A stretch of 64,000 nucleotides of DNA from Camelus dromedarius (Eukaryota): assembly GCF_036321535.1 (NCBI RefSeq), contig NC_087445.1:18910001-18974000 (forward strand), written 5' to 3'. Shown here in pieces: positions 13,651 to 24,324 of this stretch. Each line of letters begins with the position of its first letter. Within the stretch, counting starts at the first letter, position 1. Made by a program: the position numbers and the translations under genes. The notes beneath the pieces were generated by a model that was not told the origin of the DNA, searched no databases, and was given only the letters and a program-made list of their open reading frames with translations.

Positions 13651-13960
13651 GATGGCAATGGCAATCCACAACACCCCTCACATTTTACACAGTTAGAGAA
13701 CATCATCCTCAATGTCATCAGTGAATAGCTTGGCAGCCCTGGAGAGCTTTGGTGATGCAGATGACCGGCTGTGCAGCCTTTATCCTGCTGAGCACCTTCC
13801 CACAAATGAGATGCTTAAGTAGGACACGGTTGTCATCTCTGCACTTGTCTCAACTTTGTTTCCACTTATTTTTTCAACTTCTATTTGTGGGCATCAGAAA
13901 ACAACATAACTTCAACACTTCTTTTGAATTATAACATTGGAAGTGAAATACACTCATGGA
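13640..13960 (-). pseudogene. Promoter and 5' fragment of a minus-strand IFN pseudogene, paralog of 31510-32220
   Basis: Aligns to 32030-32300 (GAAA-rich promoter and 5' UTR ..aaggctgcacagc..). Signal-peptide-like SLMTLRMMFS..GCCGLP then joins GC element copy A, apparently by deletion. Confidence 0.6.
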
Positions 13961-14374
13961 AAATGACAGAAGTCTCAACCCAGGTCTACACTAAGTATTT
14001 TAAATACTTTAATACAAGTACAGTGAAAAAATTAAAAAACAAAAATAAGTATAATATGAATTAAATTAACCCAAAAATACTTCAAAATATATATAAAATG
14101 AAACACTGTGCTTTTAAAATATTCCCACTTTTCAGTTATTCGATACTTTCCCCACCACGTCAATGCTGATCCCCGAAAGACCCCAGGAGACTCACAGAGC
14201 ATCTATGGGCGTACATCGCCCGGTCCCCTGCCCCGATGATGGCCGTACAAACTCACCCCCAGGGCGACACCAACTGATCCCTAGCACGCCCCCAAAACCA
14301 TCCAAACATCCCTACGTGCCCATAGGCTTTTTCCTTGGTCAGCCTGACAGGAAAGTGCTTAAACCTAGAAAAAC

Positions 14375-17300
14375 AGATACCATCTCCATGAGTCATAGCC
14401 TCAGGCCTCTCAGAATGGCTTGACTAAACTATGTAACTTGTCAAAGCAGCCGAAACCTAGAAAAAAAGATACAATTACATACTAGAGTCATAGGCTCAGG
14501 CATCTAAGGATGGCTTGGCCTAACGATGTAACTTGGGAAAAAAGCCCAAACTAAGAAAGACGCATACAACCAGATACAACCACGTAGTAGAGTCAAAGCC
14601 TCAGGCGTATCTACAATGCCTTGGCCTAAGGATGTAATTTAGGAAAACAGCGCAAACCTACAAAAACAGATACCACCTCAATGAGTCATAGTCTCAGGAC
14701 ACTCAGAATGGCTTGGCTAAACTATGTAAGTTGGAAAAGAGCCCAACTGTAGAAAAACAGAACCATGTAGTACAGTCATAGGCTCAGGCCTCTGAGAACA
14801 GCTTGGCTAAACTATGCAACTTGGGAGATAAGCCCAACCATAAAAAAACAAATACAACAATGCAGTGTAGTCATAGGCTCAGGCTTCTCAGAATGCCTGC
14901 TAAACTATGCAACTTGGCAGAAGAGCCCAACTGTAGAAAATGAGTTACAACCATGTAGTATAATCATAGGCCCAGCACTATAAGAACAGCTTGGATAAAC
15001 TATGTAACTTGGGAAAAGAGCCCAACCAGAGTAAAACAGATACAACCATGTACTATAGTCATAGCCTAAGGCCTCTCAGAATGGCTTGGCTAAAGAATAC
15101 AACTTCAGAGAAGAGCCCAGCCGTAGAAAAACAGTTACAACCATTTAGTTGAGTCATAGCCTCAGGTCTCTCAGAATGGCTTGGTTAAACTATGCAAGTT
15201 GGGAGAAGAGCCCAAGCATACAAAAACAGATACAACCATGTAGTTGAGTCATAACCTCAAGCCTCTCAGAACAGTTTTGATAAACTGTGCAACTTGGGAG
15301 AAGATCCCAACCATAGAAACAGAGTTACAATCATGTTGTATATTCATAGCCTCAGGCCTCTCAGAACGGCTTGGTTAACAATGCAACTTGTGAGAAGAGC
15401 CCAACCATAGAAAAAAAGTTACAACCATATAGTATAATCATAGGCCCAGCACTCTCAGAACGGCTTGGCTAAACTATATAACTTGGGAAAAGAGCACAAC
15501 CATAGTAAAACAGATACAACCATGTACTATAGTCATAGCCTAAGGCCTCTCAGAACCGCTTGGCTAAAGAATACAACTTCAGAGAAGAGCCCAAACGTAG
15601 AAAAACAGTTACAACCATGTAGTTGAGTCACAGCCTCAGGCCTGTCAGAATGGCTTGGCTAAACTATGTACCTTGTCAAAAGAGCCAAAACCTAGAAAAA
15701 AAGATACAATCAAGTACTAGAGTCATAGGCTAGGGCCTATGTAGAATGGCTTGTCCTAACGATGTACCTTGGGAAAAGAGTCCAAACGTGGAATAACGGA
15801 CACAACGGTGAACTAGAGCCATAGCCTCAGGCCTATTTAGAATGGCCTGGTCTAACAAGGTAACATGGAAAAAGAGCCCAAACCTACAAAAACAGTTACC
15901 ATCTCGATTAGCCATAGCCTCAAGCCACTCAGAATGGCTTGGCTAAATTATGTAACTTGTAAGACCAGCCCAAACCTAGAAAAAAAGATACACTCACATT
16001 ACAGTCATAGGCTCAGGACTCTCAGAATGGCTTGGTCTTATGTTGTAACTTGGGAAAAGAGCCCAAACCTATGAAACAGGATAACATCTCAATGAGTAAT
16101 AGCATCAGGCCTCTCAGAATGACATGGCTAAACAATGTAAGTTGTAAAAGGAGCCCAAACCTAGAAAAATGATACAATCATGTACAAGAGTCAAAGGCTC
16201 AGGCCTCTAGAACAGCTTGGCTAAACTATGCAACTTGGGAGAAGAGCCCAACCTAAGAAAAACAGTTACAATCATGCAGTATAGTCATAACCTCAGGCCT
16301 GTCAAAACAGCTTGGCTAAACTATGCAACTTGGGACAACAGCCCAACCTTAAAAAATACTGTTACAACCAGGTAGTTGTGTCATAGCCTCAGGCCTCTCA
16401 GAACGGCTTGGCTAAACTATGCAACTTGGGAGAAAGGCCAAGCGTAGAAAAACTGTTACAAACATGTAGTTGAGTCACAGCCTCAGGCCTGTCAGAACGA
16501 TTAGGCTAAACTATGCAAATTGTGAGAAGAGCCCAAACTTAGAAGAACAGATAAAACCATGTAGTATAGTCATAAACTCAGGACTCCCAGTACGCCTTGG
16601 CTAAACTATGCAACTTGGGAGAAGAACCCAACAGTAGAAAAATAGTTACAAACATGCAGTATGGTCGTAGCCTCAGGCCTCTCAGAACGGCTTGTATAAA
16701 CTATGCAAATGGAAGAAAAGCCCAACCTTAGAAAAACAGTTAGAATCATGTAGTATATTCATAGCCTCAGGCCTGTAAGAAAGGCTTGCCCAAACTATGC
16801 AACTTAGGAGAAGAGCCCAACCATAGAAACACAGATACAACCTTGTACTATAGTTATAGGCTCAGACCTCTCAGATCAGCTTCACTAATCTATGCAACTT
16901 GGGAGAAGAGCCCCACCATAGAATAACAGTTACAACTGTGTAGTATAGTCATAGCCTCAGGACACTCAGAAAGCTGCCTAAACTATGCAACTTGGGACAA
17001 GAGCCCAACTGTAGAAAAACTGTTACAACAATGTAGTATAGTCATAGCCCCAGACCTCTCAGAAAGCTGCCTAAACTATGCAACTTGGAACAAGAGCCCA
17101 ACCTTAGAAAAACTGTTACAACCATGTAGTTGAGTGACAGCCTCAAGACTGTCAGAAAAACTGGGCTAAAGTATGCAACTAGGGAGAAGAGCCCAACCAT
17201 AGAAAAACAGAAACAACCATTTACTTACTATATTCTTAGCCTCAGACCTCTCAGATCGGTTTCGCTAATCTATGCAACTTGTGAGAAGTGCCCAACTGTA

Positions 17301-19570
17301 GAAAAACTGTTACAACCATTTAGTATATCCATAGCCTCAGCCCTCTCAAAAAGCTTGGCTAAATAATGCAACTTGGGACAAGAACCCAACCGTAGAAAAA
17401 CAGATAAAACCATATAGTATAGTCATAGGCTCAGTCCTCTTAGAACGCATTGTTTAAACTATGCAACTTGGGAGGAGAGCCCAACCGTAGAAAAACAGAT
17501 ACAACCATGCAGTATACTCTTAGGCTCAGGCCTCTCAGAACAGCTTGGCTAAATTATGCAATTTGGGAGATTAGCCTGTGAAGGAAAAGCCCAGATGGGC
17601 TAATGAGCTAAGTCACAAATCTAAGTGTGATAAGTGTCGGTTTACTGATATAAATTCTGCCGGGCTAACTCGTAAATCTGAAGTTTAGTGTCAGTTTACT
17701 GGGCTAACAAGCTAACTCATAAATCCAAGCTCAACAAGTGTCAGTAACGTGATCTGTTCCGAATTGATAAGCTTCAGTGTACTGATTCCTTGCTTTTTGT
17801 TGTTTGAACCTTATTGGCTAATAGCCCCATACTTGTAATTAACCCTATAAAACCTCATGCGCATGTCTTGGAGGTGCTCAGAGCTTTGGAGCAGAAGCCT
17901 CTCTGAGCCCGCCAGCGTAATAAATCTGAGTACTCCAACCCTCTGAGTGGTGCTTGTTTCTTGGCTGGCCTGTCATTTCCGTAACAAGCCCAAACCATAG
18001 AAAAACAGATAGAAACATGTACTATAGTCATAGCCTCAAGCCTCTTAGAACAGCTTGGCTAAACTATGCAACTTGGGAGAAGATACAAACCATAGAAAAA
18101 AGTTACAATCATGTTGTATAGTCATAGTCTCAGGTCTCTCAGAACGGCTTGGTTCAACTATGCAACTTAGTAGTATAGCCCAAATGTAGAAAAACAGATA
18201 CAGCCATGTAGTTGAGTCATAGGCTCAGGCCTGTGAGGACCGCTGGGCTAAACTATGCAATTAGAGAGAGAGCACAACCATAGAAAAAGAGATACAACCA
18301 TGTAATACAGTCATAGCCTCAGTCCTCTCAGAACAGCTTGGCTAAACTATGCAACTTGGGAAAAGAGCCCAACCATAGAAAAACGGATACAACCATGCAG
18401 TATACTCTTAGGCTCAGAGGTCTCAGAATGGCTTGGCTAAACTATGCAACTTGGGACAAGAGCCAAACCGTAGAAAAAGATACAGCCATGTAGTTGAGTC
18501 ATGGGCTCAGGCCTCTCAGTACGGCTTGGCTAAACTGTGTAACTTGGGAAAAGAGCCTAACCATAGAAAAACACATACAACCATGCAGTATACTCATAGG
18601 CACAGGCCTCTCATAACGGTTTGGCTAAACTATGCAAATTGGGAGAAGAGGCCAACCATAAAAAACAGATACAACCATGTATATAGTCATAGGCTCAGGC
18701 CTGTCAGAACGGATTGGCAAAACTTTGCAACTTGGGAAAAGAGCCCAACCATAGAAAAACAGATACAACCATATAGTTGAGTCACAGCCTCAGGCCTTAG
18801 CTAAACTATGCAACTTGGGAGAAGAGCCCAACCATAGTGAAACAGATACAACCACGTAGTTGAGTCATTGGCTCAGGCCTCTCAGAACAGATTGGCTAAA
18901 CTACATAAGTTGGGAGAAGAGCCCAACCATAGAGTAACAGATACAACCATGTAGTATTGTCATAGCTTCAGCCCTCTCAGAACGGCTTGGCTAAAGTATT
19001 CAACTAGGGAGATGAGCCTAACCGTACAGAAACAGATACAACCAAGTAGTACAGTCATAGCCTCCGAACTCTCAGAACGGCTTGGCTAAATTACGTAACT
19101 TGGGAAAAGAGCCCAACCATAGAAAAAAGATACAACCTTGTAGGATAGTCATAGCCTGAGGCCTCCCAGAATGGCTTGGCTAAACTATGCAACTTGGGAG
19201 AAGAGCCCATTCATAGAAAACCAGATACAACCATGTACTTTAGTCACACCCACAGGACTCCCAGAACGGCTTGGGTAAACTATGTAAGTTGGGAAAAGAG
19301 CCCAACCATAGACAAACACATACAACCATGTAGTATATTCATAAGCTCAGGCCTCTCAGAACGGCTTGGCTAAACTATGCTACATGGGAGAAGAGCCCAA
19401 CCATAGAAAAACTGTTACAACCATGTAGTTCATTCATAGCCTCAGGCCTCTCAGGAAAACTTGGGTAAAGGACACCATTTGTCCCGCAGAACACGGTTAA
19501 AAGCCCAGAAAACACGCGACATACTGTGTGCACTACCAGACCTCTCAGAATGCCTTGTCTAAACTATGTA
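14375..19570. repeat. Tandem array of ~50 copies of a 95-bp monomer upstream of IFN-delta copy 1
   Basis: Consensus ~CATAGCCTCAGGCCTCTCAGAACGGCTTGGCTAAACTATGCAACTTGGGAGAAGAGCCCAACCATAGAAAAACAGATACAACCATGTAGTATAGT. Period is 95 (e.g. 15060 to 15155). About 50 anchors counted by eye. Confidence 0.97.
17577..17986 (+). mobile_element. Solo ERV1-class LTR (410 bp) inserted in the 95-bp array
   Basis: TG...CA termini (tgtgaagg...ccgtaaca) with a 4-bp target-site duplication AGCC (17573-17576 and 17987-17990). Internal ATTGG box, TATAAAA (~17847) and AATAAA (~17919). Confidence 0.9.
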
Positions 19571-19980
19571 ACTAACCCGGGTAACAGCGTAAAAAGAGCA
19601 AGAGTGTAAAAAGCCCGGAAGTTACGCAACCGTTACCTGTTAGCTACCAGATAAAAACGCCGCTGGCGAGGCCGCGACATTGCAAGCTCTTCAGCGTTCA
19701 GAACCTCGGAGAAAGAAGAGTTTTTCCATGCACTTTTAAAGCCGCATGTAATCGCTCACTTAGGGCGCGATGTACTTCCCCGCACGCTGCTGGAGCTTCT
19801 GAAACTCAAAACTCGAAAGTTGGCGTTTCGCAAACGCACGGGATCCGAAGTCCTCCTGCGCCCTCTCGCGGTCGCCTAGAGAAACACCCTCTCCCAGGAC
19901 CTAGCGAAAGAACCGTTCCCAAATTCTTTAGCGGGGTCCGAGCGCCACCTCGTGGCCTCATCAAATCACTGACATTCTCA
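19570..19980 (+). promoter_or_regulatory. CpG-rich, TATA-less proximal promoter of IFN-delta copy 1 with a degenerate IRF element
   Basis: Many CpGs. GAAACTCAAAACTCGAAAGT at 19801-19820. No TATTTAA-type box of the kind seen at IFNA and IFNW in this window. Confidence 0.6.
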
Positions 19981-20514
19981 ATGGCCCAGATCTGTGTGCT
20001 TGTGGCAAGAGTGATGCTCTGCTCCCTCCCTGCTTGCTCTCTTCCCAGGAACTTACCTAAGAGCCAGAACCTAGAAAACAAGGAGATCTTCAGGCTTTTG
20101 AGACAGATAAAAAGGACCCCCCTTCACTCATGTCTAAAGGACAGGAGGGACCTCAAACTTCCCTGGAAAAGAGACAATATCACCCAAAACCAGATGGCTC
20201 AAGGCCCCTGTTGCTACCATCACATGCTCCAGCAGATTTCCCAAGTCTTCAGCACAGAGCACAGCCATGCTGCTTGGGACAACACCTCCCTAAATAAACT
20301 ACTCTCCAGTCTGGATCTCACCCTGCACCAACTGGAGCAGGCTGAAGAAGGCAATCTAGACTGTGCCTTTTGGGGAACTACTGTTCGGGAGTATTTCCAA
20401 GCAATTCATCTCTACTTGAAGGAAAAGGAATACAGCCCCTGTGCCTGGGAGATTGTCAGAGAGGAAACTAAAAAGCGCCTTTCCTTCATGAAACATCCGA
20501 AATGGAAAGCATGA
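19981..20514 (+). CDS. IFND: Interferon delta, copy 1 (177 aa, intact)
   Basis: The MAQICVLV signal peptide, absence of the mature Cys1, CLKDRRDLKLPW motif and [10 protein letters not shown] are characteristic of IFN-delta. The ORF is uninterrupted. Confidence 0.9.
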   Translation: MAQICVLVARVMLCSLPACSLPRNLPKSQNLENKEIFRLLRQIKRTPLHSCLKDRRDLKLPWKRDNITQNQMAQGPCCYHHMLQQISQVFSTEHSHAAWDNTSLNKLLSSLDLTLHQLEQAEEGNLDCAFWGTTVREYFQAIHLYLKEKEYSPCAWEIVREETKKRLSFMKHPKWKA

Positions 20515-20559
20515 GTGAACAAACTTATTTTTAGGGAGAAGGACACAATCGATTTTCTC

Positions 20560-20565
20560 AATAAA
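20560..20565 (+). terminator. Candidate polyadenylation signal of IFN-delta copy 1 (paralog at 36724-36729)
   Basis: AATAAA begins 46 nt after the stop codon in both IFN-delta copies. Confidence 0.55.
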
Positions 20566-22239
20566 TACTTTTCTAATGAGATTTCCACAATCTGTGAAAG
20601 TTCTTGGGGGTTATTTGCTATTCCCAACAGGTGAAGTTTGTTTTCTTATGGAAAGGTTGTTAGGGCTGTATGTCACTAAAGACACTTTTCAGGGAACTTA
20701 GTGCTACCTGCTGTAACAGGGAACTGAAAAGGATCAGGAATTGAATCATAATAGAAATTTATCTCTCGTGCTTTAAGAGAACAATGCAGCTATCTCTAAT
20801 CCGATGACTTTTCTAGTTGGCTTCTTCTCAAGAAGGCCTCAGGGGCCTGGCTACCCTCGGCTCCCTGGCTTTGCTATACTCAACGTGGAACTGCACACGT
20901 GTCTCCACCACTTGAGTCTACTCCACTCAGACAAGGGAAAATGAATGGTGGATGACATGGGATGTTTTCAAGGCCCAGGACGGTACGGGGCAAGATCACT
21001 TCCACGCACACTACGGGACCAGAATTTATGCTCACGGGCGTCTAAGCGGAGAAGTTGGGAAACTACTGGGTGACTAACGGAAGAGGAGAGAAGCTCAGTG
21101 AATAAGACCACGTCTCACTTTCACACGATTTGTACGAGTGATTATCCGGGTGGGAACGAACACCGACCAATATTCCTGCTTGCACACACGTTTGAAAAAC
21201 CATCTGAGCCAAAGTCTGATTCCACAATTTCACCTTGGCAAAGATGACCGGGATGTCCCTCCTTGGAGTTCACAGTATCACTGACTCTTGGAAAGAAGCA
21301 TTCAAGTCAATACCCAAAGGCATACACTAACGAGGAAAATGCCCCTGACGTAGACACAGGCCATGTTGTTGCCTTATTTCCTGACGGAGACATGAAAAGT
21401 ACGATCACATCATTCCCTGCAAATACTAGAGGACTTTAGTGACAGTGCAGACCGAGTCTTCCACTTACGACCAGGCCCGTGATTCTCACCTCGTTTTACC
21501 AACTACTGACCATAAAAAACTGAAGAAAATATTCCTGCAATCAAAACTTTTACGAAGACCTCACACAAGATTCAAGTGTAACTTCCCTCGTAGATTAACA
21601 GGAAATTCACAGCGCATCCTTAGACCAGTGTCCCCTCAGAGCACATCCATCTGGCACAGGCTGCTGTTCTCTGTCACGTGCTCACCGTCTTTGCTTCTAC
21701 ACGAGTCTGACTGAGCTCTTGCACTGAGCTGCGACGCAGAGCACTGTCATGCCTGACGTTCCTTCATACTCCTAAGAGCCGATTTTTGCACCAGTGGGAG
21801 CACTCTCATTCCCGGCGAGCCCGCATGAATTAGGAATCAGCTCTCACTGGAATCTTTCCGTATTAGGCCATTAAATTTCAGATTTCCCGAAGCCCTTTCA
21901 GAGGTCCTACTCCCTAGCTGTTCTTTTCAACCAAAAGGAAACCCCCTTTGTAATTAAGACAGAACGCGATAAAGACTGATTATTATCACGGAAAGAATGG
22001 ACTTTCAGCTCCCCTCCTGAATTCATTTCTTTGGCAGTGGAAGTTACTTTACCTCGGTTCTGCACATGTCTATCTTTAAATCATACGTATGTCCGTATGT
22101 GACCACCATGGACAAGTCAGCTGTGTAGGAACCGGGCTCAGTCTATTCCCTCTGGTATCCTCTGCAACAGGCCCAGGTACAAAACAGCAAGGCAAGGGAC
22201 GAAGAGACACTCTCTAATCAATTAGAATGACTGTTGGCT

Positions 22240-23160
22240 TAGCCATCCAAGGCGATCTCTACTTCTGTTTCCTCAGAAGCTGAGAAATGTCTAAAATGAA
22301 CATCATGATTTTCGAAAACTGTTTTTGAAAAGAAGAAAACAATCTCCTCTCTTAAATGATTCTGTAACATAATTGAAAAGATCTGTGTAACTTTCCTTGG
22401 AGTATATGCTATTCTCAACTTATAAAGTTTTTTTTTTTAATGGAAATGGATTTAGGGAGTAGGTTGTTTTTCATTTTGACTTTCCTTTTATTTTTGTTAG
22501 AAAAAAAAAACTTGTCAGTTAACTTTATGCTAGCTGCTGCATCAGGAAAACTGAATGCTGTCAGGAATTTGATCATCATAGAAATTTACCTTTCCTTCCT
22601 TTGAGAGCACGATCCAAGCCTTCCTGATCAGATGAACAGTCTGGTTACCTCTCCTCCAGAGTGACTCAGGGACCTAAGAACCCTCTGTTTTGTGGATTTT
22701 CCACAATCAACGTGTGGCTCCAAAGTCCCCTGTAGCACTTGGGTCTAGTCCACTCAGCGGTAACGAGAAGAGTATGGTGGATCACATGGGATGTTTTCAG
22801 GGGCCAGGACAGTACAGGGCAAGATGACTTCTGCTCACATTACACGGCCTGAATTTATGCTCATGGCAATCCAAGCGCAAAAATGTTGGGAAGCTTCTGG
22901 ACGGCTCACGGAAGAGGAGACACTTTCAAGGCATAAGACCGCTTTTCATTTTTACACTATTTGTCCTAATGAAGTTCTGGGTGGGGTTGGAGGAAAAAAA
23001 CAAGGTTCTTGCTTGCACACAGTTTATTAAAAACCAAACTGACCCCAATTCTTATTATACAACTTCAGCTTGGGGAAGATGACTTGGATGTCGCTCAGAG
23101 TTCACAGCTTCATAGACTGTTTGAAGAAAGCCTACAAGTTGATTCCCAAAGGCATAAATA
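22240..23160 (+). pseudogene. Relic of an older IFN-delta unit (mostly 3' flank)
   Basis: Collinear, diverged match to 20400-21320, e.g. ..ccactcag..ggtggat(c/g)acatgggatgttttca..gggcaagat... The coding part is barely recognisable. Confidence 0.55.
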
Positions 23161-24144
23161 AGCTCAGGAGGAAAAAAATCTACTTCGTTTTCATTCTATC
23201 TCTTATTATCATCATGATTTGATTCCCTTCCTGAATATCCATCGAGCTCCTGAAACGATAGGGAGTGAAATACACATCTGAGAATGTGGAGGAAGATGGT
23301 TTCCCTCCCTGTAGGTGTTTGCAGACCCCTGGGAGGTAGTCTGAGGAGGGGACAAGTCGGGTCAGGCCTCAGTCTCATCTACTGAATGTCAACTACTCTC
23401 CCATATAGAGTTTTCTTTTGTAAGAACTGTAAACAGAAAAGTACACCTATAAAAGGAGACACTACAGGATTCATCGTGCACACGTTCCCATCACCAACTT
23501 CAACTACTTTCACTTACTCTCATCTACATCCTCCCGTTACCTGCTACCTGATGACTCTGTAGCTAATCCCCGAAATCCTAGGACTTAACCAATTCATGTT
23601 TCATAATGCATTTCAGTCGGTTGAATTATGAATGAAAAGAAAGGTAATGTAGTATTTTAAAGAGTTAAGTACTTAAAAATAATGGTGAAGAAAATAATCA
23701 AATTTCTCCAATGATTTTGAAAAGTTATGAATGACTTTTATCTATAAAATTTTTAATAAAGTATTTATATAAATTTCATTTGAAAATGTCAATTGACACA
23801 TTCCTATCCATACAGGTAAACGTCTTCCATTCTAAGTCACTCTTCAAACTCAGTTTTAAAGTTAAATTAGAAGTTAATAGCTTTTAAGTTTAATGTATAG
23901 CTTAAGTGTTGTTTTGTCATTCTTAACCCTGCACTGACTACAGAGAAAGCTCTGCACTTCCCATTCCCTATGTACTAAGGAGAGACCTCCACGGTGTATA
24001 CAAATGGATACACAGTATATACATGATATCGTAATCAAAAGGTAAAAGGAAGTAGGAGAAAATATCAAAAAGGTTCCTTGGGTAGGGAAAGGAGGCAATG
24101 ATGAAACAAAAAGGGCTTAGAAACGCTGCCCTAACCCACTGGGA

Positions 24145-24226
24145 GAGTGCAAACTGAAAAGCAAAAACAGAAGTAGAAAGTAAGAGGAAACATTCAGAAA
24201 ATGGAAACAACCGGGTCCCCATTTAA
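24145..24226 (+). promoter_or_regulatory. IFN-alpha virus-responsive element and TATA-like box
   Basis: Clustered GAAA half-sites (aactgaaaagc, tagaaagt, gaggaaac, cagaaaatggaaac) followed by ATTTAA at 24221-24226. Confidence 0.75.
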
Positions 24227-24324
24227 GACACAGGCACAAAGGCAGGTCTTCAGAGAACCTTCAGACACCAGGGCTCACAGAGTCACCCACCTCAGCCAGG
24301 CCAGCAGCACCTACAATGTCCCCA

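Noticed and set aside
13078-13724. Long ORFs on both strands over the GC element (also 29422-30321 and 56689-57238)
   Set aside because: Arg/Pro/Gly/Ala-rich translations are expected from stop-poor GC sequence. Starts and stops differ among copies and there is no recognisable domain.
14375-19570. CRISPR-like reading of the 95-bp array, and ORFs within it (e.g. 18433-18780)
   Set aside because: There are no unique spacers, the whole monomer is repeated and the context is mammalian. The ORFs are periodic translations that break within a few monomers.
23190-23380. Possible minus-strand IFN relic (GRETIFLHILR)
   Set aside because: Only one short motif, with no collinear downstream helices.
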